This document shows, in pieces, positions 50,001 to 62,088 of a DNA stretch of 64,000 nt. The stretch is from Asterias rubens. Taxonomy: Eukaryota. Numbering within the stretch: the stretch's first letter is position 1; each line of letters opens with the position of its first letter. The stretch is from the NCBI RefSeq assembly GCF_902459465.1, contig NC_047073.1:13082001-13146000 (forward strand), written 5' to 3'. A model generated the notes under the pieces. That model was not told where the DNA came from. It saw only the letters and a list, made by a program, of their open reading frames with translations, and did no database searches. The translations under genes and the position numbers were made by a program.

Positions 50001-53000
50001 GGGGGCGACAAGGGGGTAGTGTACATGGACACGATGTTGATGTATGCCTTACTCCATCTTGGTGGGATCCCCAGTATGCATCGTTTTTTGTTCAGTTCAA
50101 TTCAATCTACATTACTACTCTACGTCCATTCAAAGGGGCCAGTTTAATCCATTGTTATGAAGCCTCCGATTTGGGAAGAGCCAGTTTAACATGGTTTAAC
50201 GACAGTAAATTGGTAGTTCCTCCATAATCATAAGTCTACGGGGGAAACTGATTTTGACTTACTATAGTTTATTTTTATTATTGAAAAGGCAATCAATTTT
50301 TATTTAAAAAAAAATGTCGGTAAGTTTACCCTTCTTAAATCCAAGCTATGGGTAGTTACATCATCGTTTTTCAAAAAAGCTTTCGAACCTTTCGAATAAT
50401 GTAAAGCGCATTGATACGGTTTATTGTGAAATGCGCTATATAAGAATTTGTTATTATTATTGTTATTATTAACCTAGTCCATAAAATAACATAGATTCTC
50501 AATGGTCCACTGCTCCCTGCGGGAGTTCTAGATGGATAGCACATGACGTAATTGACCACCAAGGGTCTTTGAAGTAAAAGTAAAAAAAAAAAAAAAACGT
50601 TCACGTGTACGCACTGCGCACGACTCTCGGCCAATGGTCTTTTCAGTCATACGTGTTTCATCAAAAATGGGGGACAAAGCAAGGGATCTATATAAACATA
50701 TGACGTAAGTATCTTAAAAAATATGAATGAAACGATTTTGTGTTTTGATCCTAATCACATTCTATTTGATTCTACATTACGATAAAGATGACGTTCCTAA
50801 GAACGCAATTGATGTCCTAGTGAGGGAGTTTCTGACCATGAGAATGATTGGACCACACCCGAATATTGTCGCCATGTTGGGTGCATGCTCCAATGACGGT
50901 AAGAATAGGCCTACTGAATAGTCGATCCCCGTCAATTTTATAGAAGTACCTCGCTGAAGGTTGTAGCTAGTATTGCGAATGCAGAGACACAGTTCCTTTC
51001 ATATTGGGAACAAAAACTAAGCAACCTGACCTGTCAGTGATGTGCAATTGAATTTTGGAGACGAGGTTGAATTCCAGCAAACATAACAAAACAAAAACGG
51101 ACTTCCTGCAGAAACGGTCTTCCAAGAGAACGGCAAAGTACTGAGTCGGGGGTCTTTTTAGGGGACTGCTCATGGAGGCCAGCGGAGCACGGTCCCCCTC
51201 GAGCCTTGGAAGACTTGGTCCGTTCATGTCTGTATTAATAACTACATCTTCTTGCAAACAATCATTTGAATCCAGGCGCTTTGTACGTGGCGACTGAGTA
51301 TCTAGCTAAAGGTATTCTCCGTACATTCTTGCGGAGTCGTCGTCTTATTCAGCTCAGACGACAACAGTCGAACAAAGAGGGCGACCGCCCACTGACCTCC
51401 TCAAACTTGCTCCAATTCGGTGTTGATGTGGCCAAAGGGATGGAGCACTTGTCCAAAAGTGGGGTAGGTACTTTTGTATTTATAAATTCAATTCAAGTCA
51501 ACATTTTTTGCATACTTCTCTTCTCAAGACATTCAACAAAACATGACATAGATATAAAGCAAAACAACTTTAGCACAGAAGATGGAGGGAAAGTCAACAC
51601 AAATGAAACTACTTTTATCAAGAACAAAACATTACGTAGATATATTAAAGCAAAACAATAAGCACAGAAGATGGAGGGAAAATAGTTAGTCTATGTATAC
51701 CAACAAAGGAGATAATTGAAGCCACGTGGCGCACGTATAGTTTCAAAGAACAACGGATTAACTGATGCAGCTAATCTCAATAGTTTCCAAAACACATTCA
51801 AACACCAGTTTAACCACAGAAATGTTTTTTCCTTTTTGCAGATCATTCATCGAGATCTTTGTGCCGGGAATATTCTTCTTGGAACAGACATGACTGCTAA
51901 AATCGCTGATTTGGGACTTGCCGATGGAGACAGACACACACAGCAATCGGTAACAATATCATTTCTACGTAGTCATTCTCGTTTTCTATTTTAATTTTTA
52001 ATCTAACTTCTGCTAAAAGTTGAGAGAAATGAACAATAAGACGTCACAATATTGTGTAGGTTTAAAAGAAAACATGTTTGTCATTAAATCTTAGAAGCTA
52101 TTACCATTAGAAAGATTTATATATTTTTGTTTTATTTATATACTATTGTTTAGCTATATTGTTTAACGTCATTCCACCAATAGGAATAGCGAAACTGTCT
52201 GAGATGTTTATGAATAAACATTCAAGAGAGATTTTCGGTTCGACAATTCATATTTCATGGTCGGTTTTACTTCCAATGTTTGTGGTTTTCAGGATCGACG
52301 GATTGCGACCCGATGGTTGGCCATTGAATCATTGACACTCAACATTCACGTGTGTAGGAGTGACGTGTAAGTTCAATTCAACAGAACTTGTCAGACATTA
52401 ATTTTGTTGTACTGATATAAATACGGCAAGTATAATTGATCTGTTTAAATAATAAATTTACTCTGATTAATATTTTATGGACGTACTTCTTTTTTATAGT
52501 TTTATTAGCAAAGGCTAACAGCAAACAATTATTGGTAAAATCTCATAATATTTGTTCTTGCAGTTGGTCGTTTGGGATCTTGCTGTGGGAGATAGTAACG
52601 TTTGGTATGTATCGATATTGATTTTCATTCGAGAAAAAAAAAGTAATTTTAAACTGTAATTGTTTTTCCACCGAACTTTGGCAGTATTGAGTGCACAGTG
52701 CCTATACACACATCGGTGTATAAATGATTAAAATATAAATCAATATTATTTATTTCCAGAAGTGTATTTATGATTGTGTGTTATTAATTTGTTCTGTATT
52801 GCATGTATTCAAGATGAATTTCCTCCATTTATAGGACCAATGGAATTGAATTGGTTTACATATAAATGTTGTCTTATTGTTTATTGAATATTTGTTGACC
52901 AGGTGGAACGCCCTATCCCGACACAGAGAGCAAACACCTTGCTAGTCAATTAATGAATGGCTACCGTTTGCCCAAGCCGGAAAACTGTTCAGACAAACTG

Positions 53001-53820
53001 TAAGAGAATTTTAATTTAGAAAACTTGTGTTTTTTTTTGTTGAAACTATGTGATGACATTTGAGGGGGCATACGATGTGCACAATTTTTTTAGGGGGCAC
53101 TTGTGTCTCATAAAAAAACTGCAGTTTACATTTCTCTTAAACAAGCCTCTTTTCGGCGCTCTGGTCTGAGTTATCTAACATAAGTCTAATTATTAAGAAC
53201 ATTGAGTGCAAATGGAAACATTCTGAGGGTTTTCTTTACACTAAAATATACCGCAATAAAGCTCACAAACTTTAACAATTAAAGGTTGCCATAAAATTGT
53301 GTTTAGTTTAATGTGTGTAAAAAGAAATGTAATAATAACCAGTAATCTATGGTTTGTTTTCCCTTCTTTGTATAAAATGGTCAGGTATGATTTGATGTTA
53401 AAGTGCTGGCAGTTACAACCAAAGGATCGACCGAGCTTTGAAGATATCGGCAAAGATCTTCAGCAGTTGATCACTGAATCAGAAACAAACGTAAGTTAGC
53501 ATTGCTTTCGGTTTTGTAATAGTAATAATGAGTTCCGGGGCAGACCGGGTCGACCCAGGAAAGCTAACCGAACTCACCCGGCCCAATGTGCGCTAGGGAT
53601 AGGGTTGTTGTTACGGAGAATTTTGTGTGATTTAAAACAAAGTTTATATATAATAATAATCATAGTGCTGTCCTTCCACAACGCACAAATTTACCAAGCA
53701 TTACAAATCTTTCACTATGTTTTCATTTTGTCTGAATAGTCAAAATCACCTCCTCCCATCTCATCGCCAACTATCTATGAGGAATTCAGCTTCATCGATC
53801 CGGAACTGGACGACAGATAA
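38032..53820 (+). CDS. Tie-like receptor tyrosine kinase (signal peptide, F-type lectin, Ig, EGF, FN3 x3, RPTP-like stalk, TM, TK), 28 exons, about 1337 aa
   Basis: Exons: 38032-38110, 38518-38625, 39415-39504, 40225-40473, 40817-41128, 41239-41496, 41872-42006, 42348-42503, 43255-43350, 43671-43715, 44081-44365, 44529-44755, 45070-45139, 45447-45553, 45676-45877, 46894-46996, 47333-47576, 48040-48079, 48653-48837, 49725-49941, 50788-50898, 51276-51463, 51842-51949, 52293-52366, 52564-52604, 52903-52999, 53385-53490, 53740-53820. All introns are GT-AG and phase-compatible (4014 nt). Tie-type EGF motif LFCLRDPYGCSCAAGYKG. Kinase motifs AAIK, [39 protein letters not shown] and YDLMLKCWQ..P.DRPSF. 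Confidence 0.92.
38750..39350. repeat. CAC/CA-rich low-complexity tract in RTK intron 2, with an embedded TGACCC/TTCGGAAC repeat element
   Basis: Recurrent CACCAC/ACACCAT motifs; TGACCC repeats at 39152..39182; TCGGAAC repeats at 39210..39248. Confidence 0.6.
48124..48476. mobile_element. MITE family A copy in an RTK intron
   Basis: TTAA|AGGCAGTGGACACTATTGGT ... AGTCTACTGTCT|TTAA. Confidence 0.85.
48975..49500 (+). mobile_element. Tandem tRNA-derived SINE pieces
   Basis: A box TGGCCGAGCCG at 49204, B box GGTTCAAATCC at 49262, then a CORE-like TGTGCCCCGAGAAAAGCACTCAAC. The tail motif GACTGT.AAGGGGATAACC occurs twice (49005 and 49381). Confidence 0.65.
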
Positions 53821-55040
53821 TTAAGTGGAGCACACCGCCTCCTCTTCCGAAGGGCCCCGCCTTCTCCCCCTCCCCTTTCATAGCAGTACAAAAACTACGC
53901 CTTTTTCAGGAGGAACAACGCCTTGAGGTCATTAAAGATTTTACAACGAATGCACCTTCAAGTTGCATTTTTAGATGTCATTGACCGCCTTCTTTAATGG
54001 GAACAATCGAAAGGTGCACGCATGCGTACGCGCGCAGCGCGCAACTCTCAGCCAATAACGTCACTTCACGTATATGCACATTTTAAATCACCAATGGCGA
54101 CCAAGGAAATTGGTCTATGCTTCCCAAGTCAAAATGACTGCTCTTGTAAAATGAATCATTGGTGCATGCTTTGTGGGATGAATTGCGAAGGGACTGATGG
54201 AAATGACATGTTTATGCTGTGTTTTTTTTTTTTTTTTTTTTTTTGTTATGCCCAGCTCCTAAAGGATATTAATATTATAAGAATATTCATCACTTTTTAT
54301 TGTTAACAAATTTTCACACAATGCATCAACCAGCATTGAGAGACTTTTACCGCTTTTCGTCATAAATAAAGTTATTGTTTCTGTTGTCTAGATGTAATCT
54401 AGAGAGGTAATCTAAGCTTAACCACCATTCAGCACCACATGGGAATACATTAGACCACTATTTCATAACATTAATAAACAAACAGTTTATTTCACAAAGC
54501 TTCACAAATCTGTTCAGCATACAAAAAGTTCGCTCAATAAAACCAAATGTGTAGCAAGTGTCCAGCTGCCATGGTAACAGGAATATACTTAAAATATGAT
54601 GACAGTATAATATTGCGAAGTAATTCTCCTATTGAGCCTTCAATGTTAATATAAAAAAAACGTAAAAATACACCCAACGTATTTTAGTGTTTTTATACTT
54701 TAAACAGAAACCCACACACATCACAGAGCGGTGGGTACTTCCTATTGTTCTATTGTTCCCTTTTCCGAAGGATCAGTTTTTGGCAGGAGTCTTCAGCGCC
54801 ATGGATGCACAGGTGAATTTTGATGGTCGATCTTTGGTAATTTATTCCATCACATTACAGAGCAGTAGTTGACGTTGTTTTACAAAAGGAAAGAACAAGG
54901 GAAGACTCCTCACCAGGGATATTTACGTTATAATGTGTGCTTTCGTTCAGGCGTATGATGGGTGTTAATGTTCGCAGGAAACTTCAGCACACATAAATAC
55001 ACATGTGACTTCTGATGGCTAGCCTTATCATTATTCCATC

Positions 55041-58000
55041 TCATAACCGAACAGGGGTTGTCGTTGCTTTACAGCACACACCACGCGCTCGTAGCCGCCT
55101 TCGTATTGGTATGGCCAGATAAAACATTGAACAGCAAACAAAGATGGCGCCGATGACTACAAGACTGAGAATGTAGTTACCTGTGATGTCATACAATCCT
55201 CCTGTCAAAATCAAATCAAATCAAATCAAATAATTGTTTTGTTGACACTGTTATTAAATCATTAATGTGCAATGGATTTGCAGACTTTATTAAGTATGTG
55301 TGTGTGGATAGTGGGATGGTATTGTATTTATATTTATACAGGGTAGCCTTCAGTTTTACAACCGCTTTATACCCATGGAGGAAAAAAATTCCTCCATGCT
55401 ATACCTAAGGGCGCGCTGTATACAAACAGTTAACAAGTAGAATATAAAGCAATCATAAAAGCCTTTAAGCAAAAACAGATAGCTGGGTGTAAAACAAACA
55501 TACAATCTTACAAGGTTAGACGAAATTACTGTCAAAAACACATCACAAAAGCAGGGTGCGTGATATTAAAACATTTTCAATTTTGTTGAAACCACAGTTT
55601 GGCTCATGGGTTCCCTGGTTGCGATTTTTGTGTTGAATTTTTTGTTATATTTATTAATTTATTAATGTATCATTATTTTTGTTACAGGGAAAGCTCGCGT
55701 TTTCTACTAAATAGTTTATCCAAAACCAAGCTTTGCTTTAAAAGGGGCCGAGTGGTTATTATGAGGCTTTAGGCATTCGATCATTATTTCCCGCTCTTCA
55801 CTAATTCACGCGTGGAAATCCCTACTTTGACAAAAAATGCCGTACGCACTTTTGCCTTCAACCTCGTTCCCAGTGGTGTGTATACGATCTCGCTGTGCCA
55901 TTAATTTCTTTCTTTCCCAGATTTGTTTGCTTCCTTCCATTCGGCTGACCATGCCAACCGAATTACTTTGTTTATCAACAAAGGAGAGGTCTGTACACAG
56001 ATTCTTAGCCCTGGAATTTTCACTACGGCGATTTTAATGGGAGACTTCCCAACGCTAGGTGGCAGCAGACTTACCGGGTAGATTTCCACAGACCTTTTTG
56101 CACTACTTGGTACGCGCACAATAGACGTGGAATAATTTCTAAATATGAGGTCTCGAAATCAAATTTGTGGAAAATTACCTCTTTCTCGAAAACTATGTCA
56201 CTTCAGAGGGAGCCGTTTCTCACAATTTTGTATACCATCAACCTCTCCCAATAACTCGTCACCAAGTAAGGTTTTATGCTATTAATTATTTTGAGTGATA
56301 AAGTGTTCACTGCCAGCGCATTATTCTGAGAACAATGGATTTACCCGGTAGGTCTGCTGCCACCTATCGTCCCAGAAAGTCTACTATTCTTACCGGACAG
56401 TGGGGTGCCGAGTAACATGCCTAGACCAAAAGGAAACATTCCCAGTATCGTCACACCATTGCTGCTGTACTTATCGGCAAACAGATCTGCTGTGATAGCA
56501 TTTGAGCTACCATACAGGAGAGATCTTATTAACCCGGACGCTATAAATGAAAAATAAAAACCGAGCAATCATTATTGTTTGTGTTTGGACACTATTGGTT
56601 ATTAGTCAAAACAACTTGACAGCATAACAATTTACTTGGTAACGAGCAATGGATAGATGTTGATAATCAGAGAATAAAACATTGTGAGAAACGGCTACCT
56701 CTGATGAAGTAACGTAGTTTTTAAGAAAGAGGTAATTTCTCGCTCAAACAATAAAAATATACTTCAGCTAGCTGAAGCCATTTTGTAAACAGGGTTAAAG
56801 TGGGGTCACATTTCTATATGAAATGTGCGTGCATGTGCTGTAAGTACAAGCTACAATACAAGAAGGCACCCTGTTGTAAATCTATGCCAATCGGTTCAGA
56901 TGACAATACACAATATTTAAAGGATACAAACTATTACTTCGGTTAAAGCCATTGGACACTTTCGGTAAACAGTATTGTCTAGGGCCCACACTTCGTGTAT
57001 CACAACTTAGATATAAAATAACAAACCTGTGAAAATTTAGGCTCAATCGGTCATCGGAGTCTGGAGAAAATAACGGGAAAACCCACCCTTGTATCCGCAC
57101 GTTTTGCCGTGTCATGACATGTGTTTAAAATAAATCCGTAATTCTCATTCGAGAATTTATATTGTTTTAATGTTTTCTCAAAAAGTAAAACATTTCACGG
57201 CGTAATATTTCAAAAGAGAAGTCTTTCACCATTGCCTTCTGTAAACCCTGTAAATTATTTGTAAATCTGCGAACTTTTATTTTTGTTTCTGTACTAATAG
57301 TGTATAATGGCTTTAAAAAAACAAATTCAAGGGAACACAATATTTTCTTGTCTAATAACTAAGTTTACTCAATATTAAGAATTTGGACCAGTCTTCCCAG
57401 CCTGTTCTTACCCACTGCTAATGCTATCATCTGCTCCAACGTATAAACAAACGCCATGAAAGACAACGCAGCTGTACCGAGAAGCATGGACGCAGCAAGG
57501 ACGTAAATACGCTGGAATGGAAGATTGTCCCCAATGGCAGCGATCGAAACTTTGCCAACGATTTCCCCAACAGCGAAGAGCATAATGACGAGGGATATCT
57601 GGTCGTTGTTCAGACCACGCCCATCCATAAAACTGGCCTACGGTCAAAGATGATAATCGACAAAGATTAAAATACAATATCAGAAATTAAAAGTTCAAAA
57701 AGCTTGTGGATTTATAGTTCATACCAGGGCCTAATTTCATAAAGCATGTAAGCGCAAAAATTTGCCTAGTATGAAATTTCTTCCTTAATTAAAACAGGAT
57801 TACTAACCAGATTTCCACGCGATTTTCAGGATAAGCAAACAACAGCTGGATGCCAGCCCAGTAACAAGCAATATGCCACAAATTAAAACTTGGTGCCCGG
57901 TACCGATCAGCCAGAGAAATATTTCCCTCTAAAACCTCACTGATTCTAAAGTTGAGAACATCCTGAGAAATATTTCCATCTGAAAGCTCACCAATTATAA

Positions 58001-58675
58001 AGCTCATACCAGTACACATCCTACAGAGAAATGTTTCCATCAGCTGGAAGATAAATAATTATCAGTTTTTGTTTTTTACTTATACACCGATGTTTGTTAA
58101 TAGCACTGTATACTCTGTAATACTTAGCATGCTGTATACTCAGTATTAAAATATTATTCTTTATGTACACGTTTAAACTTTATAACAAAATGAGGTTAGA
58201 AAAATCAGCTTACGAAGTTGATGATGAAAAATGTCCATCCCATTAGAGAAAGTGTGAGTCCTATGCTCCAAACCCAGGGTTCAAAACTCTTCATCATATC
58301 CAGCACCTCGTAGTGGTCTGATGAGAAGCAACATTTCTTCTGTTGTTTCTGTCGAGTCAAGTCTTCATGATGTTCTTCTTTAAGTTCTTTACACAAGCTC
58401 TGATTCTCAGGAGTTCTATCTATCATTACTTGGAGATTGTTACCGATGTCCACGCATGCATCTTCGGTCAAAGGAACAACCTCTGGTTTATCCTCTCCTA
58501 GATGCGCTTTAACTTTTTTACATTATTTCTATATTTTCGTCTGTCGGTGGGTCAATTAGAACTGACCCAAAAGCTACACCAAACACCAGGATCACACCAG
58601 ATATAATTCTCAAAGCATTCCGCCATCCGTATCTTGATATGCAGACTGTGAGCAGGGGACTGAAAGCCAACAAAC
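55041..58675 (-). pseudogene. SLC16 (monocarboxylate transporter, MFS) 3' half: exons 58675..58214 (frameshift at ~58521), 57637..57412, 56540..56394 and 55201..55041; 5' exons not found
   Basis: GLLAFSPLLTVCISRYGWRNALRIISG (TM5-6), loop, then WVWSIGLTLSLMGWTFFIINF|ASFMDGRG...GEIVGKVSIAAIGD...|...GMFPFGLGMLLGTPLS|GGLYDITGNYILSLVVIG. These are SLC16-type motifs with compatible splice phases. A +1 frameshift splits the first visible exon. Confidence 0.75.
56943..57316. mobile_element. TTAA-flanked MITE related to family A
   Basis: TTAA|AGCCATTGGACAC ... TATAATGGCT|TTAA. Confidence 0.75.
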
Positions 58676-58791
58676 CTGGAGAAAGAAACATCCTTTGAAT
58701 CAACAGAGCAATGGTACATTGTTGCTTCGCCTCGGGTGCCATTTCCCCCCTCGGATGTACAAAACCCATGGACCCCAATCACAGCGTGCAA

Positions 58792-59127
58792 CAATTGTTT
58801 TGTTATACCTTGATAACAATAATACTCCTCTTCTCGAAGTTCTGTTATTATCTTCAAACATTATTACGACGGAGTATTCATTGTTTAATAAGCAGACAAA
58901 CAAGAAACAATTCCTGACTGTTCCCTCGAACCGTGTTTCGTATACACAGCGCTGGAAGTCGACCAACACACTGGGAACGATCAAGGTGATGTACACCGGG
59001 GTACATCACTTTTCATACCCGGCCGACCCCCGAGCCATGTAACATGCGTTTTTGACGCACGTCACGTGATTGGTTCTCGACCAATCAAACTTCACAGTTT
59101 GTTACCGAGGTATAACAAAACAAATTG
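58792..59127. mobile_element. ~340-bp element with 19-20-bp TIRs
   Basis: CAATTGTTTTGTTATACCT at 58792..58810 is inverted as AGGTATAACAAAACAAATTG at 59108..59127. Confidence 0.6.
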
Positions 59128-60822
59128 AAGAAGGGTGTTTTCCGTTTTTAGTGCTGCGAAATGCATCGACAAGTTGACTCACTCTAAAAACTTCCCGGTA
59201 GAATTGACCAGTATTCCGGGTCCCATGGGCCTATAGTTACCCTTCTCGTGGTTTAATCAAATCAATGGTTTTGTCAATAATCCAAAATCTCTCATTCTAT
59301 GTCACACTTGTAAATAACTCTTGTACTTTGGTTTTGTGAATATCTAGTTTGGGAATATCTGATGTTCAATCTGATGCTGATTGACTAATTTTTGAAAATA
59401 AATGGTGGTGTTTATCAAATGAAAGGCAGCATTCTCTCAAACTGGGAGACTAACTGGTTACATCTGTATGTGAGAGGTTTGACATTAAGCACATCATTAT
59501 AAGGGAAATAATTTATTGGGATGAACTCAGATACATGAAGTCCTTTTTTTGGATACACCCAATATGTAGCATTCAGCCCAAAATACATTTTCTGGTTCAC
59601 ATGCTTTGAAAAACTCAAAGAATTAGTTGATCGGGTCATTTTAAAGATACAAAAATAAAAGGAAATCTTATAGGTCAGGTTTTTTTTGGTTCAGGGGTAG
59701 TTGCGGTAATTGTAAGGTTCCTAATTCATTCCGATGGATGGTCGAAACATGAGGTTTACGATGAGTCATGTGTGAATATTTCCTTTTGTTTCAACCATTA
59801 AAAGATTGGTCGTAACCATAGTTACGACTATTGGAGGATTAAATGTTTGTACCGTTATAAAATCGCAACTAGGTCGGGGCAGCAAAATTAAAAATTAACA
59901 ACATGTACATGTACATGTACTACATGTTCACTGGTGGTAGTATCACAATAATTGTTTAGCAGGTATGCAGCCCCCTTTATTACTATAACTGTACATGTAG
60001 TATCTAATTTGAGTCAGTATATTATAAGTTATCACACAAGCGCGAGTGGAAAACGGACAAATATAGCGCTTCTTGGGACGCAGACGCGCTTGATTTTCCG
60101 TATTTGCATGAGCGCGCGTGTGATAACGTATCTATCTTCAAGCAAACTTGGCGCGTGACATCGAACACACAAGACGCAGGTAGTGATATTAGCCATGCAA
60201 TATAGGTTTTTAGTACCACTCCATTCTGCGATTCTGATTGGAAGATTAGCGCGTACTTGAAGATAAGAGTAGTTACAATAACACCGTCCTCTCGACAGCG
60301 GGTTATGTAACGGGTTGTGTAACGTCATCGCAACTAGTCAATGAGATACATGTACTTTATAAACTTGGTCAAGCTAAGACATGTAGATCGTATAAAGTTT
60401 TCATTATTTTCGCCATCATACAAGAAGACTGCATAGGCCTATTTGCTGAATAAAGACTGCATTTAGATTAGAGCCTAGCTAAAGTATAGATGTTATTAAG
60501 TTTTAAAAATACATTGTGGCTTTTGTTATATAGTTCTACCTCCATGGTTCTTTGAGTGAGGAGAATACCCAGAAGGTCAAAGCAAACCAAACAAATCATG
60601 TTAAGCCACTTCAATGTTAATCTAGTTGCAAGAACGTAACCCTCCTCTATCGCCGTTGGGAGGAGTGTTATTACATTATTACAACTATATTAATCCTGCA
60701 TTTTTAGTATAAAACATATTGTAAAATTATATCTACAGAGGACAGTACAGTATTGGCTTACTTTACATTCCACACTTGTATTACTATTATGTATGTTTTT
60801 ACTATGAATATAATCTAAATTT

Positions 60823-61180
60823 CACTGCAAAAAAAAACTCAGTTTGAGCCAAACATGTCTGCTCCTCTGTTCACAATAATGGCTAAAAACTTTTGACAAA
60901 AAGACATTGAGCCACTGGCCCAGTTTTGACTGGGAGCCATTCCTGGCTCAATGTAAGTTAAACAATAGTCATGGCTCATTTTGGTTTTTGTTGTTGTTGA
61001 CAATTTTTTTTTATATTAGCCATTGCATTTGTGAACAGTAGATACACGGACCATTCCTCCATGCACGGACAGAGTCGGCGTTGAACAAATGTTTGGCTCC
61101 AAACCAGGAAGAAAATCTTTCCTTCATGCTCCATCACTCAGTACCACCATGAACAAACTGAGGCATTCTTCTTCCCAGTG
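60823..61180. mobile_element. Candidate non-autonomous CACTG (En/Spm) element
   Basis: TTT|CACTG ... CAGTG|TTT. Internal inverted blocks GAGCCAAACAT and CTGTTCACAA...AATGGCTAA. Confidence 0.45.
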
Positions 61181-61611
61181 TTTTGTCCTGTACATTCTTA
61201 TGTAAACAGTTATTAAATATTCAAGAGTTAAGAATTTCAGAAATGACATGGTCCACATTTGTCACTGTATTGTATTGTGTTTACACAGTCGCCGACTGAC
61301 TCAGCATGAGTTCAGTTAGTATCATAACAAACTTTTCACATGCATACAACTTTAACGTACAAAGATCCTGGGTGGAAGGTTAAACGATTTTATATCACTA
61401 CCTGAATGGCAGAACATTGTTTCCCTGCTGATCTGCTCAAAACTGAAGAAGAATCTCTGTTTTTACTCGATACAAAACGATGGATTTTGTTCGTGTGCGC
61501 GAGGTAACCGGGTCATCGTGGGACGTCGCATCCTACATGTTTAATTCGCGGTGTAGTCCACGTTAGTCGGGTCCCGCGCGTTTGTTTTGGACACAAAATG
61601 GCTTCTAATTA

Positions 61612-61740
61612 GGCCGTGTCCGAAACGACGACTTCGGCTACAGCTACGTCTAGATCAGCGCGTCTACCAGTGTTGAAGAATAGGCAGACGCGCGCGATCT
61701 AGCCGTAGCTGTAGCCGAAGTTGCCGTTTCGGACACGGCC
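61612..61740. mobile_element. Hairpin MITE family G, second copy with a perfect TTA TSD
   Basis: TTA|GGCCGTGTCCGAAAC ... GTTTCGGACACGGCC|TTA. Confidence 0.9.
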
Positions 61741-62088
61741 TTAATCTAATCTCAAGTTGTCGCAACTCTCCCAATATACGGCTCTGTCCGCACTATTGTT
61801 ATAGCGCCCTCAAGTGTTGATATTAAAGCACATGTAAACATGCTCATGAAGGCTGACATCTTGTCTCGAATACTCTCCAGTTATTCCCGAATATTACAAG
61901 TACCACTAGACTTGATGACAAGTCGTTAGGTGCTGCCTAGATCGAGGGTGAGTGTACCGTCCCCGTAGCTACACCGCGCTTAACAATTACCGTCTTGACT
62001 TCAAGACTAAAGTACCACGAACGCAGGGGGAAGAGGTCAATGCTTTGTGTAGCTGCACCAAAATGCACATTGTACAGTCAAGGATGAG

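Noticed and set aside
53990-54120. Promoter-like CpG/CCAAT patch as the start of a hidden gene
   Set aside because: It lies between two convergent 3' ends with no supported downstream exon. Similar patches elsewhere in the window are MITE cores.
58498-58521. 24-nt GT...AG mini-intron rescuing the SLC16 frameshift
   Set aside because: Its removal gives ATA ATG AGA GGA TAA (a stop), and it is too short for the spliceosome.
58695-59042. Overlapping 98-115-aa ORFs on both strands as the missing SLC16 5' exons
   Set aside because: They overlap a TIR element and show no SLC16 TM1-4 motifs.
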